64,000 nt of DNA, from NCBI GenBank assembly GCA_964630525.1, contig CAZVUY010000002.1, positions 33,760 through 97,759 of the forward strand, given 5' to 3'. Made by a program: the position numbers and the translations under genes. Positions 10,200 to 18,168 of this stretch are shown here, one piece after another. Position 1 is the stretch's first letter. The number at the start of each line of letters is the position of its first letter. Origin of the DNA: an uncultured Candidatus Saccharibacteria bacterium. Its GTDB lineage: Bacteria > Patescibacteriota > Minisyncoccia > Phycocordibacterales > WO2-35-19. The notes beneath the pieces were generated by a model, which was given only the letters and a program-made list of their open reading frames with translations, was not told the origin of the DNA and made no database searches.

Positions 10200-10232
10200 G
10201 ATTTTATAGAAACATTCGTATAAAATATTGTT

Positions 10233-10496
10233 ATGACTTCTTTGACCACTCTGATTAGCAAAATTGTCGCTCTCATCATCAATCCGCTTATCGTACTGGG
10301 TTTTGTGGTGGCGACCATTGTCTTCTTTTATGGGATTGTCCAATTGATCAGGGGGGCGGATGGTTCTGACTTAGAACAGCGGAAGCGCAATGTAGTCTAT
10401 GGTTTGGTCGGTCTTTTCGTCATGTTTTCTGTCTATGGTATCTTGCGCCTAGTGCTCAATACTTTTGGTATCGAGTGGCCTTCATTTTTCGGGTAA
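10233..10496 (+). CDS. TrbC/VirB2-like pilin paralogue 7 (short)
   Basis: 87 aa; VVYGLVGLFVMFSVYGILRL; preceded by its own terminator/promoter spacing. Confidence 0.65.
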   Translation: MTSLTTLISKIVALIINPLIVLGFVVATIVFFYGIVQLIRGADGSDLEQRKRNVVYGLVGLFVMFSVYGILRLVLNTFGIEWPSFFG

Positions 10497-10529
10497 AAAT
10501 GAAGGGCGCGAATCTCTTCGCGCCCTATG

Positions 10530-11495
10530 TTACCGGGTGAATGGGTCGGTGAACCGGACCTCTACGGTCATCGGTTCCTTTTCCTTATGCCGGAAGCTGA
10601 ATGTTCTTGGCACAACGTCCAAGTTTAGCACCTCGCCACACCCGAAGACCTTCTGGTCGTCTTCGTCGGCTCGGATTTCGCAACCTTCCTGCTTGTTCGG
10701 GTACCAACGAACCTTCTCAAACCGCCGGTCGTTGTTGACGACCGGGCTCCACTCTCCGTCTTTCGAAGCCACCTCTTCTTTTCTAGAGGAGGGTGGCACC
10801 TTCGTGTCTGGACTATAACCGAGAGCCATAAGTTTTGGCCCCCAGCAGGCCCGGCCGCCGCCAAACTGCTCGTCGTGGTCCCAGGGACCAAAATCTTCTT
10901 TCTCGTACAAGTACGAGAAGTATCGATCCTGTCCCTCCTCAGTATTCAGGTCGAAACCGAGATCGAGAGCGGGCTTGCGATGCATTTCCCGGAATTGGTA
11001 CTTCCCGAAAGCATCGGAAGGTTTGATTCCCTTGGAGGGAATGCCTTTGTTCCGAGTTGGGATTTTGTTTCCCTTGTCATCTAGGACAAAGTTCCCATCC
11101 TTACCCTTCTCGAATTGTTGGCAGTTGGTCTCACACTCACAGACCACTCGCCGCGCCACTTCAAGAGGAACGCGAGTGGCCTGTGCTACTACTGGTCTTT
11201 GTAGGTACTGCTTATTGTCCCTGGTCCAGAAGTAATAACCCGCGAATGCGAGGCAAATTACTACCGGCGTTGCTACCAACCATTTGACTGGTAAATTTTT
11301 GGACGACCCCCCACTTTTTGCTTGTTGTGGTGGTAGGGTAGTTCGCGGTTGTTGTTGAGGGGGTTCTTGAGCAGGAGTCTGCTTTTTGTAAGGATCAATC
11401 TTCCTGTCTCCGCCCCCAAAAAACTCTTCTCTTTTGTACATAAAACCAAATACAAAGAGAAGAAAGATGAAACCTAAGGCTCCCCAGAATTCCAT
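10530..11495 (-). CDS. hypothetical membrane-anchored protein (GC-rich, foreign-looking)
   Basis: 321 aa; N-terminal TM, Pro/Gln-rich linker, second TM, Cys-containing globular part; local GC clearly above the surrounding genome. Confidence 0.5.
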   Translation of the reverse strand: MEFWGALGFIFLLFVFGFMYKREEFFGGGDRKIDPYKKQTPAQEPPQQQPRTTLPPQQAKSGGSSKNLPVKWLVATPVVICLAFAGYYFWTRDNKQYLQRPVVAQATRVPLEVARRVVCECETNCQQFEKGKDGNFVLDDKGNKIPTRNKGIPSKGIKPSDAFGKYQFREMHRKPALDLGFDLNTEEGQDRYFSYLYEKEDFGPWDHDEQFGGGRACWGPKLMALGYSPDTKVPPSSRKEEVASKDGEWSPVVNNDRRFEKVRWYPNKQEGCEIRADEDDQKVFGCGEVLNLDVVPRTFSFRHKEKEPMTVEVRFTDPFTR

Positions 11496-11588
11496 TGTAA
11501 AGTTCTCCTACTCTTAACTATAGCATATTTAAATAAAAAATCAAGCCGCTCCCAGTTGGTCTGGTGCGGCTTGTTAACATGGCAAAGC

Positions 11589-12890
11589 TTAGTTTGAACC
11601 CGGAGGCTTGGTTGCCATCAAAGTTTCTTTTAAGCTCAAGACAGATGTTAGTATAGATTGGTCTATGGGAAGGATGGTCACGTTACCTTCCTTTACCGCT
11701 CTCTCAAAGGCCTCAAGTCTCAATAATAGGGCTGCAGTCTCAGGGTTTGAAGCGTCTGCTAGATGTCTAAACCCAAGCGCTTGGGCTATCCGTTGCAGTT
11801 CCAAAGCCTCTGCCACACCAGCACCTTCTTGTGTTAAGCGATGCCGTTCTGCATCAGCTTTTGTACGAGTAGCCGATGCTTGGCCTTGACCCTCCTCCTC
11901 GAGCTTTATTCGGCTTGCTTGTGCTGTGCGAATTGTAGCTTGGGCATCGCCGTCTGCTTTTGCTATGGCTGCACCTCTCAGTGCAGTTGCTTTATTGGTG
12001 TCGTAAGGCGTCCCAACATCTTTAATGCCAACTTCCTCAATGTCGAGTCCCCAAGAGCGGGGAATGCGTTTGCCTGAAACTCGTGCTCTGGATACAGCCT
12101 CTGGGTCACCAACAAGATCCTCCACTCTTTCCTTCATTTTCTCACTAAGCGAGGCAAGTTCTTTCCTTGCTTTAGCGACAAAGGTTTGACCCGCATATTC
12201 AGAGAGAGTACGGATGCATACATCCTTTATACGCTCCATCGCTTCATCTAATCCACCAATCTCCTCAATCAGAGTTTGAAGGTTAGAAATTCTGACCCTG
12301 AAGTATAAGTGTGGATCGGTGGTTAGGGTGAGGGCGTACGGGTCATTCGCATAAGCTTTACACTCATCATCGGGAAGCCCGAGGGAACGCATATCCCCCC
12401 AGTTTATCCGCACCGGTTCTTCCATGACGTACCAGGAAACAGAGAGCTCTGCTTTTTTGGCACGCTCAATATCTCCTTTGCTTTTTTCGTCTATGGTTCC
12501 AAAATCGACTTGTACGGAGTTTCTTGTTGCTCTGCGTACGTAATAGAATGGCCACAAAGCAAAGTGAGGACCGGAGCCCCATTCTTTCAGAATGAGTCCA
12601 AAGAAAACCAGAACGGCTCTCTCGTACTCTCTGATTACGTGGATGCTCATAATCCCAAAATGCCATGTAGCCACACCAACGACGACTACCCACCAGTGAA
12701 TGCCTCCAATCGCCAGTTGCTTTATCAGCGAGACTAGCAAAAGGAGAACATACAAAATGGAAAACCCTATAGGTAGTTGTTTTCCTAAAGTCCCCCATTT
12801 ATTTTGTGGAGGGGTCGGATCTCCGTTTCCATTTGGTAACGGAGGAGGTGGATCGGACAAATCATATATACTCATCTTACCTCTTTTCAA
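11589..12890 (-). CDS. SPFH/band-7 (stomatin/prohibitin/HflKC-like) membrane protein
   Basis: 433 aa; N-terminal TMs, then VIREYERAVLVFFGLI... SPFH core and a C-terminal Ala/Glu-rich coiled coil; GC-rich like its neighbour. Confidence 0.8.
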   Translation of the reverse strand: MKRGKMSIYDLSDPPPPLPNGNGDPTPPQNKWGTLGKQLPIGFSILYVLLLLVSLIKQLAIGGIHWWVVVVGVATWHFGIMSIHVIREYERAVLVFFGLILKEWGSGPHFALWPFYYVRRATRNSVQVDFGTIDEKSKGDIERAKKAELSVSWYVMEEPVRINWGDMRSLGLPDDECKAYANDPYALTLTTDPHLYFRVRISNLQTLIEEIGGLDEAMERIKDVCIRTLSEYAGQTFVAKARKELASLSEKMKERVEDLVGDPEAVSRARVSGKRIPRSWGLDIEEVGIKDVGTPYDTNKATALRGAAIAKADGDAQATIRTAQASRIKLEEEGQGQASATRTKADAERHRLTQEGAGVAEALELQRIAQALGFRHLADASNPETAALLLRLEAFERAVKEGNVTILPIDQSILTSVLSLKETLMATKPPGSN

Positions 12891-12961
12891 ATTTCTATTT
12901 CGGCTAAAGCCGATTCCGAACGAATTATATCACACTTGCAAAGTAAAAGTCAATAGAATAT

Positions 12962-13352
12962 AATGGGAGTAGATCGTCGTTCCGAACAATTACTCCGACG
13001 TTTATAGTCGGAGAGGAAAGTCCGAACATCGACCAATTTTGTTCGCTTCGGTGGGCAAAATTGGAAAGGGTAGTGGGTAACACCCATCCGCCGTGAGGCG
13101 CGAGATGCGAGCAGAGACGTCTCTTTTCGAAAGGGGAGAGAAATCCGCAAGGATTAGTTCTATCGAAAGGTAGAAGTGAAACGGCTAAACTCTTACCTCG
13201 ATGCAAGTCCGTGCCCGGCAGAAATTGCCGAGGAGTGACGCTTGATCCGTCTGGTAACAGACGAGACAGATAAATTATTGTTACTGAGAGTATCGAAACC
13301 CTTCGATAAACTCAGGGTAAACAGAATTCGGCTTATGAGAACGAAGGTCTCT
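12962..13352 (+). ncRNA. rnpB: RNase P RNA (bacterial type A)
   Basis: GGAAAGTCCGAAC (CR-I), GGGTAGTGGGTAACACCCATCC (cf. E. coli AGGGCAGGTAACGCCTGGG), ACAGAATTCGGCTTAT (CR-IV), GCAAGTCCG; 5' and 3' ends can pair as P1; track ORFs 12925..13206 and 12950..13150 are spurious. Confidence 0.85.
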
Positions 13353-13379
13353 CGGCACTTTATTGTGCCGCGATAAAAT

Positions 13380-13410
13380 GCAAAATCCGCCCCAAAAAGG
13401 CGGATTTTGC
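13380..13410. terminator. terminator hairpin downstream of rnpB
   Basis: GCAAAATCCGCC-CCAAAAA-GGCGGATTTTGC, 12-bp stem. Confidence 0.6.
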
Positions 13411-13437
13411 ATTTGGTTTACACTGAGCTTGTCGAAG

Positions 13438-13457
13438 TGTGCTGGGGAGGAGACTTG
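13438..13457. repeat. 20-nt direct repeat of the tRNA-Leu(TAG) 3' end (TGTGCTGGGGAGGAGACTTG)
   Basis: identical to 13595-13614 (T-arm 3' half plus acceptor 3' strand of the minus-strand tRNA-Leu); the two copies bracket 136 bp. Confidence 0.8.
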
Positions 13458-13596
13458 GTCACGCATAAAATTTTGCTAAATTTTTGCTCGACCCCGGCTC
13501 GGCTCGTCAGCCTCCGCCTTTCAAGTCAGTCTTACGCTTTTTTAAATTAAAAAAGCTAGACCCTCCCTAGCATAAAAATTCGCTAGGCTCATTTTG

Positions 13597-13679
13597 TGCT
13601 GGGGAGGAGACTTGAACTCCTAATCCACAAGGGAACTAGTTCCTAAGACTAGCGCGTATACCAATTCCGCCACCCCAGC
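13597..13679 (-). tRNA. tRNA-Leu (anticodon TAG)
   Basis: GCTGGGGTGGCGGAATTGGTATACGCGCTAGTCTTAGGAACTAG + long variable arm + GGAGTTCAAGTCTCCTCCCCAGCA. Confidence 0.85.
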
Positions 13680-13714
13680 TTTAAGTCCGAAAAATTAATT
13701 TATTTTTTGACTTG

Positions 13715-13787
13715 TCCGCCCGGTAGGAGTCGAACCTACGACAATCTCCTTAAGAGGGAGCCGCTCTACCAACTGAGCTACGGGCGG
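13715..13787 (-). tRNA. tRNA-Lys (anticodon CTT)
   Basis: CCGCCCGTAGCTCAGTTGGTAGAGCGGCTCCCTCTTAAGGAG...GTAGGTTCGACTCCTACCGGGCGGA; perfect 7-bp acceptor. Confidence 0.8.
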
Positions 13788-13844
13788 GTATTTATGAATA
13801 AGAATATACCATATAACAATTTTTATGGTAAGCTAAATTTGTTT

Positions 13845-13919
13845 GACCTAGTCGCCAAGTGGTAAGGCAAGAGTCTGCAAAACTCTTATACGGCGGTTCG
13901 ATTCCGCCCTAGGTCTCCA
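13845..13919 (+). tRNA. tRNA-Cys (anticodon GCA), CCA encoded
   Basis: GACCTAGTCGCCAAGTGGTAAGGCAAGAGTCTGCAAAACTCTTATACGGCGGTTCGATTCCGCCCTAGGTCTCCA. Confidence 0.85.
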
Positions 13920-13952
13920 TCGTCTCAAACTGATTTTTAGGGGCGATAAATT

Positions 13953-14034
13953 GCCCGGGTGGCGGAATCGGTATACGCAGTCGACTTAAAATCGGCGGCC
14001 TCACGGCTTGTGGGTTCAAGTCCCACCCCGGGCA
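13953..14034 (+). tRNA. tRNA-Leu (anticodon TAA)
   Basis: GCCCGGGTGGCGGAATCGGTATACGCAGTCGACTTAAAATCGGCGG + long variable arm + GTGGGTTCAAGTCCCACCCCGGGCA. Confidence 0.85.
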
Positions 14035-14041
14035 CAAAAAA

Positions 14042-14383
14042 TTAAAGACCAGCTTCGTTTAGGAGCTCATCTATGCGTTGACGGTTGTGTTCGCCGAGGT
14101 CGATGGCGAAGTTGATCTTTGGTACAAAGCCGATAGATTTTTTGTCCATCACATAACGGCGGAAGTCTCTGGTGCGACGTTTGGCAAATTCCAAGGCAGC
14201 CTGTTCTTTTTCTTGCGGTAAGGCAGTGAAAAAAATCGTAGCGTACTTGCCTCTGTTGCCGACTTCAACTTTGGTGATAGTTATCAGTGAATCCTTGTTT
14301 GCTTCAACTAAGAAATATTGGGCAGCAAATTGACCAAGTAGGGAAGCTAGTTTCTCATCTTTGTATTTAGTTGGTTGGCGCAT
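14042..14383 (-). CDS. rbfA: ribosome-binding factor A (start taken at MRQPTKYK; track ORF extends to 14404)
   Basis: ~113 aa, KH-like RbfA pattern; canonical position immediately downstream of infB. Confidence 0.75.
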   Translation of the reverse strand: MRQPTKYKDEKLASLLGQFAAQYFLVEANKDSLITITKVEVGNRGKYATIFFTALPQEKEQAALEFAKRRTRDFRRYVMDKKSIGFVPKINFAIDLGEHNRQRIDELLNEAGL

Positions 14384-14421
14384 ATTGTTTGGGAGACTAC
14401 ACAAAAATAGTTCTAAGCGAG

Positions 14422-15921
14422 TTATTTTTGTTCAACCAGGGAAATTGCTTTTAAGTAGTCGCCTGGTACGATCTCGATTTTTGACTCAATCAACATTCCA
14501 AACTCATCACCTTCTTTTACTGAGCTGGTCTTGATTTTTTGGCTTTGGATTTCTTTGATTTTGCCTTCACCAAGCATGGCGTCTCGTCGGAAAACTTGGA
14601 CAGTGTTGCCCGATTTTATTTCTCCTGTTTCGGTTTTGCCGCCGATCACTTGCTTGTCTTTATTTTTACTGAAGGTGCGGATTATTTTGGCCGAGCCGGT
14701 CATGGTCTCAACTTTGGTTAGCGGAGTCGCTTCCTCGATCCTTGTTTTTAGGTAATCAATCAGTTCGTAAATGATATTGAAGTTTTTGATCTCAATGTTT
14801 TCTCGGAGAGCGAGTTGATCTGTCCCTTTGGCGGTAGCGACATTAAAACCAATTATCAAACTTTTCTTTATATTAGCTGTTTTGATGTCACTTTCGCTGA
14901 CCGCTCCGATTCCTTTGCTGACTATCCTAACCATGACCTTATCGGAGTCGAGTTTTTTCAGTTCGTGCTCTACGGCTTCTAGAGAACCCATGGTATCGGC
15001 CTTGAGGATAAGGGTGATACAGGTGCAGCCTTCTGGCACATTGCCGCCCCAGCCACTTGCCACTTTGACTGTGTTGGTTTTGGTGTATTCGATCGCCGAC
15101 TCTTTTGTGGCAAAAGTTTGGAATGGATTGCCGACTATCGGTATTTGATCCCAGCCCGCTATTTTCACTGGGCTTGAAAAAGTAGCTTCTGTTATATTTT
15201 CTCCCTGAAAATCTTGGATAGAACGGACAGGTGTGTAAGCGCCGGCGCTCGCAATGAAATCACCGATATTCAAGGTGCCGTTTTTGATGATCAGGGTAGC
15301 GGCAATACCTTGTTTTGGACTCAGGTTACTCTCAATCACGAAACCCTCGGCTTTTGCTTCCGGATCACCTTTTAGTTCTTCCATGTCTACCTGTAGAGCG
15401 ATCATTTCGATCAGTTCGATTACTCCCTCTCCGGTTTTAGCTGAGATCGGTACAAAAGGTATGGTCCCACCCCAACCTTCAAGCAAGACACCATGCTCGG
15501 CTAAACTCTGTTTGACCTTGTCTATGTTTTGGCCAGCTTTGTCGATTTTGTTGATTGCTACGATAAATGGTAAATGGTCCATCTCAATACATTTCAAAGC
15601 TTCTACTGTTTGCGGTTTGACACCGTCGTCGGCGGCTACCACCAGTACCGCCATGTCTGCGATCCGAGCCCCCCTTTCGCGGATGGTACAAAAAGCCTCG
15701 TGACCTGGAGTGTCGAGGAAAGTCATTTTCCTTTTTTCTTGCTTGTCACCAAACTCCAACTGGACTTCATAGGCACTTACGTGTTGGGTGATACCACCCG
15801 CTTCTTTGGCAGTAATGTTGGTTTTGCGGATATAGTCGAGCAGGGTGGATTTGCCATGGTCTATATGTCCCATGACGACTATTACGGGCGGACGGGGGAT
15901 GGTGGTACTTTGAGTTGACAT
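14422..15921 (-). CDS. infB: translation initiation factor IF-2 (short form without N-terminal extension)
   Basis: 499 aa; PPVIVVMGHIDHGKSTLLD (G1), DTPGHEAF (G3), NKIDK (G4), then beta-barrel domains II/C2. Confidence 0.95.
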   Translation of the reverse strand: MSTQSTTIPRPPVIVVMGHIDHGKSTLLDYIRKTNITAKEAGGITQHVSAYEVQLEFGDKQEKRKMTFLDTPGHEAFCTIRERGARIADMAVLVVAADDGVKPQTVEALKCIEMDHLPFIVAINKIDKAGQNIDKVKQSLAEHGVLLEGWGGTIPFVPISAKTGEGVIELIEMIALQVDMEELKGDPEAKAEGFVIESNLSPKQGIAATLIIKNGTLNIGDFIASAGAYTPVRSIQDFQGENITEATFSSPVKIAGWDQIPIVGNPFQTFATKESAIEYTKTNTVKVASGWGGNVPEGCTCITLILKADTMGSLEAVEHELKKLDSDKVMVRIVSKGIGAVSESDIKTANIKKSLIIGFNVATAKGTDQLALRENIEIKNFNIIYELIDYLKTRIEEATPLTKVETMTGSAKIIRTFSKNKDKQVIGGKTETGEIKSGNTVQVFRRDAMLGEGKIKEIQSQKIKTSSVKEGDEFGMLIESKIEIVPGDYLKAISLVEQK

Positions 15922-15961
15922 TGTCGCATATTATACACTAAATTGTGTTATTATCCAGAGG

Positions 15962-17167
15962 ATGAAAGAAAAAAAGAAAAAGTCTAAAAAAAGAGTGTTT
16001 TTGGATTACGCTTCTACCACTCCTATTGATGGGGCGGTTTTGAAGACAGTAGTAAAAGCCGAGGAGTATTTTTGGGCCAATCCATCGTCCTTACACCAAT
16101 TTGGCGATGAGGCCAAAGAGGCGCAGAGAGAGGCCAGATTCAAAATAGCCCAGATTTTGCATTGCCGAGCCAGTGAAATTTTTTTTACCAGCGGCGGTAC
16201 TGAGGCTTTAAATCTGGCAATTTTTGGGGTTGTGCAGACTGCAGAAAAACAAAAGGTATTCTCTGGCGACTTGCCACACATCATCACTTCTACGATCGAA
16301 CACCCGGCAGTTTTGGAGCCGATCAAGTTTTTGTTGAAAGAGGGGAGAATAGAAGTTAGTTTTCTCACACCAGACAAAGAAGGTTTTATCAATCCTGATT
16401 CGGTGAAAAAAGAACTAAAAACCAACACTGTCTTAGTTGCTATCCAGCATGCTAACAATGAATTGGGAGTGATCGAGCCAATTTTGAAAATCGCCAGAGT
16501 ACTGAGGGAATTTAAAAAATCTTCAAATTTGTCTGTAGCGACCTATCCGTATCTGCTTGTCGATGCAAGCCAGAGCGTGCTTTTTGAGGATGTGTCGGTA
16601 GAAAGACTAAAAGCTGACCTCTTGGTGATTGATGGTATCAAAATGCACGGTCCTAGGGGGGCAGGGGTATTGGTGGTAAAGCACGGGACCGAACTTTCCC
16701 CAATTATTTTTGGTGGTGGCCAAGAAGGGGGGTTGCGACCTGGTACTGAAAATGTGCCGGCTGTTTGCGGCCTGGCGAAAGCACTTGAAATAGCAGTTGG
16801 AAAAAGAAAAACAGAAACTACCAGACTAAAAAAGTTGCGTGACTATGCAATCAAAAAAATTTTAGACGAATGGCCAGAGGTGTCGCTCAACGGTTCGGTC
16901 GCTGATCGTTTGCCTAATAACCTAAACCTTTGTTTCCCTGGGCAAGATTCGGAATTTTTGGTGATCAAGCTTGATCTCGCCGGCTTCGCTGTCTCGGCGG
17001 CGTCAGCCTGCCATTCCTTGAATCTGGAGAACGGTTCTTATGTGGTCGAATCATTGGGCAAACCAGAATGCAAGAACAGTTCTCTCCGTATTACATTGGG
17101 GCGTTCAACTACTAAAGCTGAGTTAGATCGTTTTATCTCTGCTCTCAAAAAAATTTTAAATAAATAA
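15962..17167 (+). CDS. cysteine desulfurase (NifS/IscS-type class V aminotransferase)
   Basis: 401 aa; LDYASTTP N-terminus, PLP-lysine region (KMHGP), C-terminal SACHS-like active-site Cys loop. Confidence 0.85.
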   Translation: MKEKKKKSKKRVFLDYASTTPIDGAVLKTVVKAEEYFWANPSSLHQFGDEAKEAQREARFKIAQILHCRASEIFFTSGGTEALNLAIFGVVQTAEKQKVFSGDLPHIITSTIEHPAVLEPIKFLLKEGRIEVSFLTPDKEGFINPDSVKKELKTNTVLVAIQHANNELGVIEPILKIARVLREFKKSSNLSVATYPYLLVDASQSVLFEDVSVERLKADLLVIDGIKMHGPRGAGVLVVKHGTELSPIIFGGGQEGGLRPGTENVPAVCGLAKALEIAVGKRKTETTRLKKLRDYAIKKILDEWPEVSLNGSVADRLPNNLNLCFPGQDSEFLVIKLDLAGFAVSAASACHSLNLENGSYVVESLGKPECKNSSLRITLGRSTTKAELDRFISALKKILNK

Positions 17168-17195
17168 GAAACAAGGGGAAATAAAATTTTCAACA

Positions 17196-17222
17196 AGCGG
17201 GATTTATCTGCCGCTTTTGAAA
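17196..17222 (+). terminator. putative terminator after the cysteine desulfurase gene
   Basis: AAGCGG-GATTTATCT-GCCGCTT followed by TTGAAAATTTTATTTG. Confidence 0.4.
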
Positions 17223-17296
17223 ATTTTATTTGTTTTTTGCTTCTAAACTATAGATTGCTTGTTTACAAATATTTTTTTTGTTAATATTTAGAGCAA

Positions 17297-18115
17297 ATGG
17301 AAGATCTCACCAAACATCAACTTTTGCTGCTCACGCTGCTGGTCTCGTTTATCACCTCGATCGGTACTGGGATCATCACTTTTACTTTGCTTCAGGAAGC
17401 ACCAGTCGAGGTGACCCAAACCATCAATCGGGTAGTGGAAAAAACCATCGAGCGGGTAGTCACTGAGCCGGGCCAACCAGAGAAAGTGGTCACTACTGTT
17501 GTGGTGAATGAGGAGGATCGAGTACTCGATTCTATTGCTAAGAACGAAAAATCAATCGTTCGACTCAAGACCTCAGCCGCCGACGGTAGTCAGCTATTCG
17601 TTGCTATGGGTCTTGTTGTTTCTCAAGATGGTACTGTGGTCTTCGACCTCGGTAGTTACAGCTCGACAGTCTTCTATGAAATGGTCTTCCATGATGGCAA
17701 GATTTACCCGATCGGCAAAGTCTACAAAGACGAAACTAACGGCCTTATTTTCATAAAGACGAGTATCCCCAAGAATGACAACTCAAAATATGTATTTTAT
17801 CCCGCTGTTTTTGGCAATTCTGACACTCTCAAAATCGGTCAAACCCTCATCGCTGTTAACGGGCGGGAATCCAATGCGGTTTCGATCGGTCGGGTTAGGC
17901 AGCTCAATATTGCACCTGACAAGAAGACGGTTTCTCTCATCGATTCTGACATTGCGATATTGCGCGATTATGCCGGTAGCCCAGCCCTCAATCTCTCCGG
18001 TGAAATAGTAGGCCTGCAGTTGGGAATCAAAGAAGGGGATAAAACCTACTCCTATGCACCGTCAAATATTGTTAAAAACGCCATACCCAAAGCCCTCCCT
18101 GAGCTAGTTAATTAG
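17297..18115 (+). CDS. membrane-anchored trypsin-like serine protease (S1/HtrA-like fold, no PDZ)
   Basis: 272 aa; N-terminal TM, two beta-barrel-like halves with GDSG-like motif (GYAGSPA) and Asp/His candidates. Confidence 0.5.
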   Translation: MEDLTKHQLLLLTLLVSFITSIGTGIITFTLLQEAPVEVTQTINRVVEKTIERVVTEPGQPEKVVTTVVVNEEDRVLDSIAKNEKSIVRLKTSAADGSQLFVAMGLVVSQDGTVVFDLGSYSSTVFYEMVFHDGKIYPIGKVYKDETNGLIFIKTSIPKNDNSKYVFYPAVFGNSDTLKIGQTLIAVNGRESNAVSIGRVRQLNIAPDKKTVSLIDSDIAILRDYAGSPALNLSGEIVGLQLGIKEGDKTYSYAPSNIVKNAIPKALPELVN

Positions 18116-18168
18116 TTTCTAAATGTTTGGTAAAGCGTGCTTTTTATCAAAAATCATGCTATAATTAA

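Noticed and set aside
12925-13206. two minus-strand ORFs (93 and 66 aa)
   Set aside because: Lie inside RNase P RNA.
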